DNA of 64,000 bases, taken from Gemmatimonadota bacterium. GTDB lineage: Bacteria; Gemmatimonadota; Gemmatimonadetes; Longimicrobiales; Gaopeijiaceae. The notes beneath the pieces are model-generated. The model saw only the letters and a program-made list of their open reading frames with translations, ran no database searches and had not been told where the DNA came from. Each line of letters starts with the position of its first letter. The stretch's first letter is position 1. The stretch spans positions 291-64,290 of the forward strand of contig JAOTVL010000004.1 in assembly GCA_029863525.1 (NCBI GenBank), read 5' to 3'. The position numbers were made by a program, and so were the translations under genes. Of the stretch, positions 39,291 to 48,223 are shown piece by piece.

Positions 39291-41852
39291 CTACCGGTAC
39301 GCAGCGGCCGACTCAGGCCGGCCCCATGCTTCATAGAGGCTCACCAGGGAGGCCGCAAGCTGTGCGGCGTACGGGTCGTCCTCACCACGCGTCGCCAGAA
39401 GACGGGAATGTCCGGAGCGCAGGATCGCTTCGGCCCCATCATAGTCGCCCGAATCGATCATGACACGAGCGAGCGCCCCCTCCCGCAACACGGTCATCAA
39501 CGCATCCGGACCGAAGTTAGTCGCGAACCACTCGGTGCCCTGCTCCAGGACTGCGCGCGCCTCTGCGAACTCCCCTCGGCGGTGAAGGAACTCGCCCAAC
39601 GCGGCCGCCCGCGTCGCCCAGTTGAGTCCGTTGTCCGGGAGCGAATACTCGATCTCGACGGCCTCGCGCAGTAGCGACTCGGCCTGCTCCACCTCGCCCC
39701 GCCACTCCAACGCCGTCGCCCGCTGTTGCATCGCGAAGGCCACCTCGGTGCTGGTCTCGGAGAACGTCGCTCGGGCGATCCGGGTCGCTCGAAGCGTCGT
39801 CGTGTCGGCTCCGACCGTGTCGCCGAGCTGAATCATCAGGTTCGCCAGATCCTGCAGCGATTCACCGGTCGCCGGGTGTTCCGCTCCCAGGAGCTCGGTG
39901 GACATGCCCGCGGCATCATGGAGAAGCCGCTCGGCCCCCTCCAGATCCCCCTGGTATCGACGGATGACGCCCAGTCGGCCCAGGCTCCGGAGGAGCTCCG
40001 GGTCGGCGACGCGGTCGGTTTCGAGCAACGATTCCCAGGCGCTCCACGCGCTGTCTGCACCCTCGGCGTCGCCCAGCAGATGGAGGGCGTTGCCGAGCCC
40101 GGATAGGCCGCGTTGGTACAGGGCGTCGGGAGGGGAGGATGCCCGCCGTCGAAGCAGGGCCCGAAAAAGCTCAACGGCCTGGGCGTACTCCTCGCGTGCG
40201 AGATGGTTCTCGGCGAGGCGCTGAACGGCGACGTCGCGAAGCTCGGCACCCTCCTCCGTCGGCCCGATCGAATCATATAGGTCGACCGCTCCTCGCAACG
40301 CGAGCTCCGCCTCGTCGTGCAGGCCGAGGTTGTACTGAGTCGTGCCGATCGCTTCCAGCACCGCTGCCCTCACCGCCGGCTGGCCTCCCAGGGCGTCAGC
40401 CTCCGACACCCCACGCGCCAGGAGCTCCTGCACGCTGGCCGAAGGATCGGGCTCGCGATAGGGATCCGCGGAAGAAAGGAGCCCCACCACGAAATCGGTC
40501 ACACGCTCTGCGCGTCGCGCCTGCACGCTCGCCTCCTCCGCAGCCTCGGCCGCGCGATCGCGTTCGCGCGTCACGATCCGGTTCTGCCCTGTGATCGTGA
40601 GCGCGTACCCAACGGCGAGCAGGGCCGCCGTCGTGAGCGTTCGGTGGCGACGCACGAACTTCCGCGCCCGGTACACCGGACCACCGGGTCGGGCCAGGAC
40701 CGGACGCCCGTCGAGGAATCGGCGGATGTCGTCGGAAAGCGCGTCGGCTGTACCGTACCGCCTACTCGGGGCCTTCTCCAAACACTTGAGCACGATCCGG
40801 TCTAGGTCGCCGCGAACCCTACGAAGGGTCCGCGTCGGACTGGTCGGATCCCCTAGCGTGTCCGACCCGAGGCCGCGCTCCTTTCGGGAGGAGGGGGGAG
40901 GCGGTACCTCCTCGCCGACGACACGCGCTGCGTCCGCGGGCGTGAGCGTGCTCACATCGAACGGAGCCACCCCGCACAGAAGCTCGTACAGCAAGACGCC
41001 CAACTGGTAGATGTCCGTGGCGGTGGTGACGCGCTCCCCGCGAAGTTGCTCGGGCGAAGCGTACGAGGGAGTAAAGATCCGGGTGCCGGCCCGCGTCGCT
41101 TCACGCTCATTCCCGACGTCGAGCAGCTTGGCGACCCCGAAGTCCAATAGCTTGACCCGCCGATCCTCGGTAACCAGGACGTTTCCCGGCTTGATGTCGC
41201 GATGGACAACGAGGTTCCTGTGCGCATAGGCCACGGTACTACAGAGCTCGAGGAAGAGCGCGAGTCGATCTTCCAGACCGAGGTTATCCTCCCAACAGAA
41301 CCTGGTGATGGGTCGTCCGTGAACGACCTCCATGGCGAAGTACGGAGCTCCCTCCTCGGCGACGCCGGCGTCGTGTAGCTGTGCGATGCCCGGGTGCTCC
41401 AGCCGCGCGAGAATCCTCTGCTCACGCTCGAAACGCCGCACCTGATCGTCGGAGATGAACGGACCCCGCACGACCTTGAGAGCGACTCGCTTTCCGATGT
41501 CGGGGCGCTCGGCCAGGAATACGCGTCCCATCCCCCCTCGTCCCAGCTCGTCCAGGATGCGATACGGACCGAGAGAGGCCGGAGTCGACCCCGCACCCGA
41601 GGACCCAGTCCACTCGGCTCGGGAGACTCCGTCCAGAATCGCCTGCGCCAAGTCCGGCCATCCCTCGTCATCCTCCGCGTGATGTTCGAGGAGTCGGGCC
41701 ACCTCCCTGGCAAGATCCGGCTCAGATTCCTGCAAGGCTCTCATCCAGCTCGCTCGGTCCGCGTCGGATTGATCCAAAGCCTCGGCGAACAGTCGCTCGA
41801 TGTTGGCGAAGTGGTTCGGGTCCACGGCCATCTCCAAATGTCGACGGGGCAC
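39291..41852 (-). CDS. Ser/Thr protein kinase with TM segment and C-terminal TPR domain
   Basis: VALKVVR, HRDIKPGNVLV, DFGVAK and SPE motifs; TM helix; TPRs. Paralogous architecture to 34773-37322. Confidence 0.9.
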   Translation of the reverse strand: MPRRHLEMAVDPNHFANIERLFAEALDQSDADRASWMRALQESEPDLAREVARLLEHHAEDDEGWPDLAQAILDGVSRAEWTGSSGAGSTPASLGPYRILDELGRGGMGRVFLAERPDIGKRVALKVVRGPFISDDQVRRFEREQRILARLEHPGIAQLHDAGVAEEGAPYFAMEVVHGRPITRFCWEDNLGLEDRLALFLELCSTVAYAHRNLVVHRDIKPGNVLVTEDRRVKLLDFGVAKLLDVGNEREATRAGTRIFTPSYASPEQLRGERVTTATDIYQLGVLLYELLCGVAPFDVSTLTPADAARVVGEEVPPPPSSRKERGLGSDTLGDPTSPTRTLRRVRGDLDRIVLKCLEKAPSRRYGTADALSDDIRRFLDGRPVLARPGGPVYRARKFVRRHRTLTTAALLAVGYALTITGQNRIVTRERDRAAEAAEEASVQARRAERVTDFVVGLLSSADPYREPDPSASVQELLARGVSEADALGGQPAVRAAVLEAIGTTQYNLGLHDEAELALRGAVDLYDSIGPTEEGAELRDVAVQRLAENHLAREEYAQAVELFRALLRRRASSPPDALYQRGLSGLGNALHLLGDAEGADSAWSAWESLLETDRVADPELLRSLGRLGVIRRYQGDLEGAERLLHDAAGMSTELLGAEHPATGESLQDLANLMIQLGDTVGADTTTLRATRIARATFSETSTEVAFAMQQRATALEWRGEVEQAESLLREAVEIEYSLPDNGLNWATRAAALGEFLHRRGEFAEARAVLEQGTEWFATNFGPDALMTVLREGALARVMIDSGDYDGAEAILRSGHSRLLATRGEDDPYAAQLAASLVSLYEAWGRPESAAAYR

Positions 41853-41920
41853 TCCCCGTAACAGCGTCGTCTATGCCCGAACGGGCCAATGGGCCTGCGC
41901 GAACGTCACCCTCCTGCCAC

Positions 41921-42493
41921 CTACTCTGCCTCCAACTCCTTTTTGATCCAGGCCCGCGCCATGTGCAGTTGGCGTTTCACGGTGCGGGTCGATACCCCCG
42001 CGACTTGGGCGATCTCGTCGTTGGTCAACCCCGCGAAGTAGCGGAGTTGGACGAACTCCGCCATCCGCGTGTCGAGGGCTTCGAGCCGGGTGAGCACAGC
42101 ATCGAAGGCCGCAAGATCGAGGGGCTCGGCCGATGCGCTCGCGTGCTCCGCGTCGAGCGTGATGTGTCGCGCGCCGCCGCCGCGCTTCCCTCTCCCTCGG
42201 GCTCGTGCGTGGTCGACGAGAAAGCGCCGCATCACACGGGCTGCCAGAGCCAGGAGGTGAACTCGGTCCATTACCTCGAGCTCCGCCGCGTTCAATCTCA
42301 GGTACGCCTCGTGCACGAGCGCCGTGGGCTGGAGCGTGTGTGACGAGCGCTCGGCCTGCATGAGCTGCGTCGCCACGGTGCGAAGCTCGTCGTAGATCGC
42401 AGAAAAGAGGGCCTCCTCCGCGGACGCGTCACCGCCCTGCCAGCGAGCGACCAGCGTGGTCACCGCCCCGGGGTCCTCTCGATCGAAGCTCAT
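41921..42493 (-). CDS. ECF-type sigma-70 family factor (Sig70_ECF / TIGR02999-like)
   Basis: 190 aa. TALVHEAYLRL and an HTH (LTNDEIAQVAGVSTRTVKRQLHMARAWI). Lies directly upstream of the kinase gene. Confidence 0.85.
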   Translation of the reverse strand: MSFDREDPGAVTTLVARWQGGDASAEEALFSAIYDELRTVATQLMQAERSSHTLQPTALVHEAYLRLNAAELEVMDRVHLLALAARVMRRFLVDHARARGRGKRGGGARHITLDAEHASASAEPLDLAAFDAVLTRLEALDTRMAEFVQLRYFAGLTNDEIAQVAGVSTRTVKRQLHMARAWIKKELEAE

Positions 42494-42640
42494 GCGCGGT
42501 CCTCCCCCTCAGCCCTTACGTGATGGAACCTGCCTGGCTGGGGGCGGCTGCTGCAAGCGCAGCCTCGACCGCGAGCGCCCTGGCCCCCCTCTCCGGATTC
42601 GACGCTTGAAGGGTGACGAGCATCACAACCGGAGGACACC

Positions 42641-44557
42641 ATGCAGCACGCACACCACGGAACACGGCAGTCGCTTCTCACCGCGACGCGAGGCGTCACG
42701 ACCGCCGTTTGCCTCATCGCGCTCGGCTGCGGCGACCCGAGTGGGCCGGAGGACGTGCCCGACGGACCGTCGCTGGCCTTCGTGATGAGTCCATCTTCGG
42801 CCGAAGCAGGTGAGACGCTCACGAGCGTTCAAGTCGAGATCCGCGGTCCCAGCGGAACGCGCGACACCTCCGCGTCGGGGTCGGTGGCGCTGGAGCTGGT
42901 GGGTGGATCCCCCGGCGCCGTGCTTGACGGGACGCAGACCGTCGCTGCGGTCGACGGTGTCGCCATGTTCGACGACTTGCTGATCGAGCGGGCCGGCACC
43001 GGCTACTCGCTGACCGCGACGGCCTCGGGCGCGGCGGCAGCGGTGAGCGCTGGGTTCGACGTCGTCGCGGCGGCCGCGGTCTCTCTCGAGTTCCGTGGAG
43101 TCTCGTCGGAGGTCGCCATCGGTGCGGAGATGGGCGACCTCGAGGTCGTCGTGGAAGACGCGTTCGGGAACCCGATCACGAGTGCCGACCCGGTGTCCGT
43201 CGAACTGCTCTTCGATCCCGCGGGCGACCCAGCCGTGCTGGGGGGCCTCGGCTCCGCCGCACCCGTGGCGGGAGTGGCGGACTTCGCGAGCCTTCGCATG
43301 CTTTCGGGTGGGAGGGACCTCAGTCTCCGCGCGACGTTCGGTGCGCTGGAGACGGAGAGCGGACTCTTCGACGCCTATCTGCCCTTCACCGAGATCACCG
43401 CCGGGAGCCAGCATACGTGCGGCATCGCTGATGAGCATGCGACTCCGGCGGGCGATGACGTTCCGCCCGGCGTGGTCTACTGCTGGGGGTACAACGAGTA
43501 CGGACAGACCGCCGGAGCCGGCCCGACGGTCGGACGCCCGCAAGTCGTCCGCGTCGCCCCAAGCGGGGCGGCGTACCAGGCGAAGGCCGTGGCGGCCGGC
43601 CGAGGCCACACGTGCTCCATCGACCTCTCCGGGGAGGCGGTGTGCTGGGGACAGAATCACCGCCAACAGCTCGGCGTGGTCGTATCGAGCCTGGAGGCCG
43701 TTCCGACGCCGATCGGCTCGAGCGAGCGCTTCCGGGAGATCGAGGCCGGTGGAGACCACACGTGCGCGATCACCGAGATGGGCGAGTTGCGCTGCTGGGG
43801 TGACAACGAGGACGGACAGATCCGGTATCTCACGCGGACGACGCCCAGGGAATTCTCCACGCCCACTGCACCGTTCAACCTCTCGCAAGCTTGGGCCGTG
43901 GCCCTGGGCCCCGACCACACATGCGCCACAGGCACCCCGCCGGAAAGCGACGCCGTGGTGACGTGCCGCGGGCTCAACGGGTCGGATCAGATCGGTACTC
44001 CGGACCCGATCACCGGTGTGTGGTCGACCTCGGAGCCCGACCTCATGACGTTGGCAACCGTTTGGACGCATACGTGCGGACTGACGGCGGAAGGGGAGGC
44101 CCACTGCTGGGGAGCGGACGAGGGCGGTCAGCTCGGTGACGGAATCGCGGGCGGATTCAGGGCGTTCCCGGACACGGTGCACACCGGGCTGCGGTTCGCC
44201 GAGATCGTCGCGGGAGCCTCGACGGGCACCTCCTTCACGGGCCACACCTGCGCCCTGACGGCGGAGGGAGAGGTGTACTGTTGGGGCGAGAACTCCGGAC
44301 ATGTCTTCGGCGTCACGTCTCCGGCGAGCTCGGCACTTCCGGTCCGGGCTGCGACGAACGCGAGCCGAATCGAGGCGAGCGTGTCCTTCGCGCGCATCAC
44401 GGCCGGTCGGGACCACATGTGCGGGCTCAGCACATCCGGGAGGGCCTACTGCTGGGGCTCCAACACCTTCGGAGAGGTCGGCCTGGACATCGTCTCTGCG
44501 GTGGTGGTCAAGACTCCTCTGCCCATTCTGTGGCCCACCGTGGTGGTCCTGCCCTAG
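42641..44557 (+). CDS. secreted RCC1-repeat (beta-propeller) protein with N-terminal Ig-like domains
   Basis: Repeated C-W-G-x-N-x-x-G-Q motifs (YCWGYNEYGQTG, VCWGQNHRQQLG, RCWGDNEDGQIR, HCWGADEGGQLG, YCWGENSGHVFG, YCWGSNTFGEVG). Confidence 0.85.
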   Translation: MQHAHHGTRQSLLTATRGVTTAVCLIALGCGDPSGPEDVPDGPSLAFVMSPSSAEAGETLTSVQVEIRGPSGTRDTSASGSVALELVGGSPGAVLDGTQTVAAVDGVAMFDDLLIERAGTGYSLTATASGAAAAVSAGFDVVAAAAVSLEFRGVSSEVAIGAEMGDLEVVVEDAFGNPITSADPVSVELLFDPAGDPAVLGGLGSAAPVAGVADFASLRMLSGGRDLSLRATFGALETESGLFDAYLPFTEITAGSQHTCGIADEHATPAGDDVPPGVVYCWGYNEYGQTAGAGPTVGRPQVVRVAPSGAAYQAKAVAAGRGHTCSIDLSGEAVCWGQNHRQQLGVVVSSLEAVPTPIGSSERFREIEAGGDHTCAITEMGELRCWGDNEDGQIRYLTRTTPREFSTPTAPFNLSQAWAVALGPDHTCATGTPPESDAVVTCRGLNGSDQIGTPDPITGVWSTSEPDLMTLATVWTHTCGLTAEGEAHCWGADEGGQLGDGIAGGFRAFPDTVHTGLRFAEIVAGASTGTSFTGHTCALTAEGEVYCWGENSGHVFGVTSPASSALPVRAATNASRIEASVSFARITAGRDHMCGLSTSGRAYCWGSNTFGEVGLDIVSAVVVKTPLPILWPTVVVLP

Positions 44558-44628
44558 GCGGGCTCGTGTCCCCGCTCGGCCGTTTCGACGCTGAATGGGT
44601 GGAAGAACGCCGTGCCAAGGAGCCTTCG

Positions 44629-46515
44629 ATGACACAGGAGCGAATTCTCATGCGCCAACGACACGCACGGTCGTGGATGGCTGTGTTACCAGCGCTGTGC
44701 CTCGCGGCGTCAGCGTGTGGCCCGGCTGGCGGCCCCACCGATCTCCCGGTCGCATCCGCGTTGCGATTCGTCACCCCGCCCGCGTCGGTGCGGGCCGGGG
44801 AGGCCTTCGCCCCGGCGGTGGAGGTCGAGGTCCTCGACAGCGACGGGGCCCGGGACCCGTCTTCGTCTGCGACGGTCACGCTGACGCTCTCCGGTCCCGG
44901 CGGAGCCGTCCTGCAGGGCACGGCGGCTCGGAACGCGGTGGCTGGCGTCGCAGTGTTCGAGGACCTCTCCACCGAGCGGGCGGCGAGCGGATACGTTCTG
45001 ACCGCCACCAGCCCGGGGCTGACGGCGGTCGCGAGCAGCTCGTTCGACGTGGTCGCGGCCGGACCGGGCGCCCTCGCGTTCCTCGCAACGCCCTCGGATG
45101 TCGCGATCGGGGCGGCGCTGGATCGTCTCGAGGTGGCGCTGATGGACGTGTTCGGCAACCGGGTCGAGAGCGGCCTCCCCATTTCCGTGGAGCTCGTGCA
45201 CGACACCGCCTCCCTCCCGCCCCTGGACGGCACGACATCCCTCGTGCCGACGGACGGTATCGTGAGTTTCGACGACCTGCGGGTCCTCGGCGGCATCGAG
45301 GATGCGCGCCTCCGAGCGAGCTTCGGCTCCGTCGAGATCGAGACCGAGCCGTTGGACGTGTTCCTCCCGTTCATGGACATCTCCGTGGGAAACGCGCACA
45401 CCTGCGGGATCGCGGGCGAGCATGCGACGCGCGAGGGCGAGGTCGTGCCAGAGGGGGTCGTGTACTGCTGGGGCGATGGCGAGTTTGGACAGACCGGACA
45501 AGACGCTCCACTCGTCCCCCGGCCCACCATGGTGCTCGACCGAGCGAACGCTCGGGCCCATCGAGCGAGTGCCTTGACGAGCGGCGCCGACCACACATGC
45601 TCACTCGATCTGGCCGGCGCGGCATTCTGCTGGGGCAACAACAGTTACAGCCAGCTCGGAGACGTGGCACCTCTCAACACGCCTGAGCCAACGCCGATCG
45701 GGTCCGCAGAACGGTTCGCTTCGATTAGAGCCGGGTCCTTCCATTCGTGTGGCATCACGACCGGCGGCGCCGTTCTGTGTTGGGGTAGCAACCGTTCCGA
45801 GCAGATCCGAAAGGAGCTTCGGGGCACGACGCCCAGCGAGTTCGCCACTCCGACGGCACCGTTCTCGCTCACAGAAGCGACATCGGTCGCGCCCGGAGCG
45901 GTCCACACGTGCGCCAGCGGCCTCGATCCGTCGGGAGACGCGGTGGTCCTATGCCGGGGATTCGACGTCAAAGGACAGGCGGGCGTCCCCGATTTCCTGA
46001 CGGGCGTGTCTCGGATCACCGAGCCCCGGCTGACGTCACTCGCGGCGAGCTTGGGTCACACGTGCGGCGTGACCTCGGATGGAATCGCTCATTGTTGGGG
46101 TTCGAACGACGATGGGCAGCTGGGTGACGGGGGGCTCACGAGCCGTCCGAGTCCGGCTCCGGTCGCGAGCTCCGTGAGGTTCGAGCGGGTCCATGTCGGA
46201 AACCTGAACTTCCTTCACACCATCGGCTTCACGTGTGCCAGGACCACGGCCTCGGACACCTATTGCTGGGGCAGCAACGAAACGTCCACCCACGGAACGG
46301 CTCAACCCGGTTCGAGAACGCCCGTGCGCATCGACCACAGCGTCCGTTTCCGAACGCTCTCCATGCGATGGCGGCACGCCTGCGGAGTCAGCCTCGCGGG
46401 CCGCGCCTTTTGCTGGGGCGACTCGAGATGGGGGCGGCTGGGGACTGGTTGGGTAGTCGGGGTCCAGTCCACGCCGCGCGCTGTGCTGTGGCCACTCGAG
46501 GTGATCCTGCCCTAG
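44629..46515 (+). CDS. RCC1-repeat lipoprotein, tandem paralogue of 42641-44557
   Basis: Start at the ATG at 44629 (or 44650); lipobox LAASAC. Same Ig-like plus RCC1 layout (YCWGDGEFGQTG, FCWGNNSYSQLG, LCWGSNRSEQI, HCWGSNDDGQLG...). Confidence 0.85.
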   Translation: MTQERILMRQRHARSWMAVLPALCLAASACGPAGGPTDLPVASALRFVTPPASVRAGEAFAPAVEVEVLDSDGARDPSSSATVTLTLSGPGGAVLQGTAARNAVAGVAVFEDLSTERAASGYVLTATSPGLTAVASSSFDVVAAGPGALAFLATPSDVAIGAALDRLEVALMDVFGNRVESGLPISVELVHDTASLPPLDGTTSLVPTDGIVSFDDLRVLGGIEDARLRASFGSVEIETEPLDVFLPFMDISVGNAHTCGIAGEHATREGEVVPEGVVYCWGDGEFGQTGQDAPLVPRPTMVLDRANARAHRASALTSGADHTCSLDLAGAAFCWGNNSYSQLGDVAPLNTPEPTPIGSAERFASIRAGSFHSCGITTGGAVLCWGSNRSEQIRKELRGTTPSEFATPTAPFSLTEATSVAPGAVHTCASGLDPSGDAVVLCRGFDVKGQAGVPDFLTGVSRITEPRLTSLAASLGHTCGVTSDGIAHCWGSNDDGQLGDGGLTSRPSPAPVASSVRFERVHVGNLNFLHTIGFTCARTTASDTYCWGSNETSTHGTAQPGSRTPVRIDHSVRFRTLSMRWRHACGVSLAGRAFCWGDSRWGRLGTGWVVGVQSTPRAVLWPLEVILP

Positions 46516-46523
46516 TGGGCAGC

Positions 46524-46563
46524 CGTCCGGAGTGGTTGGTCTACCGGACGTCTAAATTTTCGT
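46524..46563 (+). terminator. rho-independent terminator-like hairpin after the RCC1 pair
   Basis: CGTCCGG-N13-CCGGACG followed by TCTAAATTTTCGTT. Confidence 0.5.
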
Positions 46564-46603
46564 TCGCCGCGGTCGAGGCGATCTCAATGGCCGGCCCGCC
46601 CCA

Positions 46604-47152
46604 TTACAGCTCGAAACGCACGCTGCTCAAGATGCTCTCAAAGGTTGCGACGAATGTGGCTTCGCCCGGGTCATTGACCCGATAGGAAAGAAAGAACTTG
46701 TACAGCAGCGTTCCGTGGGGGACGTACACCACGAGGTCTCTCGACGCATTGGCTGGGCCAAGTGCATAGGTGTAGGCAACCTCTTTCCCAGCCTCGCCCC
46801 CCACTGCCGCGTCCCGTACGAACTCGATGGCAACGCCTTGCAGGTCTCTGTTGATGACTTCCGTGATCGAATCCGGAGGAAGCTGAGTCGCCGCAATATT
46901 GACCACGAAACCGCCCTGAGGTGCCAATCCGCCCTGTGCGTATGCGCCGCCGAAGTTGTCGATAGAAATCGGACCCCCCTGATCAAGTAGAGCCTGATCG
47001 AGGTGCAACTCCGCGGGGAAGTCCAACGTGATTCCCATCGCAGTGATGGTCTCTGTAGCCCGAGTCGTGTCGCCTCCACATGCGATAGGAAACGCCACCA
47101 CCAAGAGCGAAATCATAGAACGAGCCAAGATGGTCTCCCGCGCTTGATTCAA
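46604..47152 (-). CDS. hypothetical lipoprotein
   Basis: 182 aa; MISLLVVAFPIACGG lipobox. Codon usage is visibly less G/C-rich than in the neighbouring genes. Confidence 0.65.
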   Translation of the reverse strand: MNQARETILARSMISLLVVAFPIACGGDTTRATETITAMGITLDFPAELHLDQALLDQGGPISIDNFGGAYAQGGLAPQGGFVVNIAATQLPPDSITEVINRDLQGVAIEFVRDAAVGGEAGKEVAYTYALGPANASRDLVVYVPHGTLLYKFFLSYRVNDPGEATFVATFESILSSVRFEL

Positions 47153-47667
47153 CCCTCCGGGTCGAAGATGCCGACGTGCGTGAACGTGGTGTCAGGCACC
47201 CCGTTGCTGCTGTAGGGCGTCACGATGAGCCTCTTGAACACGTCGAAGCCCCCACCGGATAGAGGGTCGAAGGTGTACGTCGTGTGGGTCAGCCCGATCG
47301 TGTAGGCGACCTCGTTGTCCACCATCGCGTACGGCTCGTCCCAGTATCCCCAGTAGTCCTCACCCCAGCTCGTCACGGTCGGGTCGGTGCGCAGGAGGAC
47401 CTGATCCCCTTCGATGCCGAAGCGGTACAGCGGATCGTAGTCGTAGTCGACGGACTCCACGTACCATGCGTAGTCGGGTTCGGGCTCCGGCGGAGGTGGC
47501 GGTGGCTCCGCTGGTGGCCCCTTCTTCTTTCCACCCTTGGCGAATTGGGCCTGCACGTCCAGCCCGGGGTCGGGATCGAGAACGTGTGACTCGCATGCAG
47601 CCGCGACAAGCACGACGAACGTCGCAAGCATGACCGCAGGGAGTGTTCGAACCGCTCTTCTCGTCAT
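47149..47667 (-). CDS. hypothetical lipoprotein
   Basis: The ATG at 47667 gives MTRRAVRTLPAVMLATFVVLVAAACES (lipobox). 4-nt overlap with the downstream gene. Pro-rich linker (PPAEPPPPPPEPEPD). Confidence 0.65.
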   Translation of the reverse strand: MTRRAVRTLPAVMLATFVVLVAAACESHVLDPDPGLDVQAQFAKGGKKKGPPAEPPPPPPEPEPDYAWYVESVDYDYDPLYRFGIEGDQVLLRTDPTVTSWGEDYWGYWDEPYAMVDNEVAYTIGLTHTTYTFDPLSGGGFDVFKRLIVTPYSSNGVPDTTFTHVGIFDPEG

Positions 47668-47882
47668 CTCACACCTCCGTTGACGGAGAAACCAGAAACT
47701 ACCGATACTTCCTTGGCAGAAGCCGTGCCGTGTGATTCCGCTCCCAGCCACGCGGACTTCCGCGTCTTCGGGGGCCGTGCCGCGTGTTTCATGAAACACC
47801 CCGATGTTTCACGAGGCGCCCGTGAAACGTCGGTCGTCGTCGTCGTCTGCTTCCGGATAAAGCGCAGTGAGTCGGATGCTGA

Positions 47883-47975
47883 GTCATCGTGGCGGGGGTG
47901 CTCGTGGCGCTGGGGGTAGACCAGTGGCGTGAGGAGCGAGGGGATAGAGCGCGCGAGCGCGAGATGCTCGGGGCG
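47883..47975 (+). pseudogene. N-terminal remnant of a DUF6090-like membrane-anchored protein
   Basis: An in-frame stop lies immediately upstream. The frame then reads VIVAGVLVALGVDQWREERGDRAREREMLGA (TM helix plus the W-x-EER motif typical of that family's N-terminus) before degrading into junk. Confidence 0.35.
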
Positions 47976-48223
47976 CGTCCTTGCTGCATCGCCAAACGGA
48001 TGCCTCTGCGTGCGCAAGGGGCCGGAGGCACTTCCTGCAGACAGCGCCCGCCTGCTCTTGCCGTAGGGCTAACCGTGGCCCTGCAATGAGATGACCGACG
48101 CTCTCGCGCGACACAAGGTGTCCCGCTACGCGACACCTCTCGTTGGTGCAGGCGACGGCCGGAAACGGTCCGTGCGTACCCCGGCCCCGGCGCACGAGTC
48201 GTCCGGAGGGAACCTGGGGGCGG

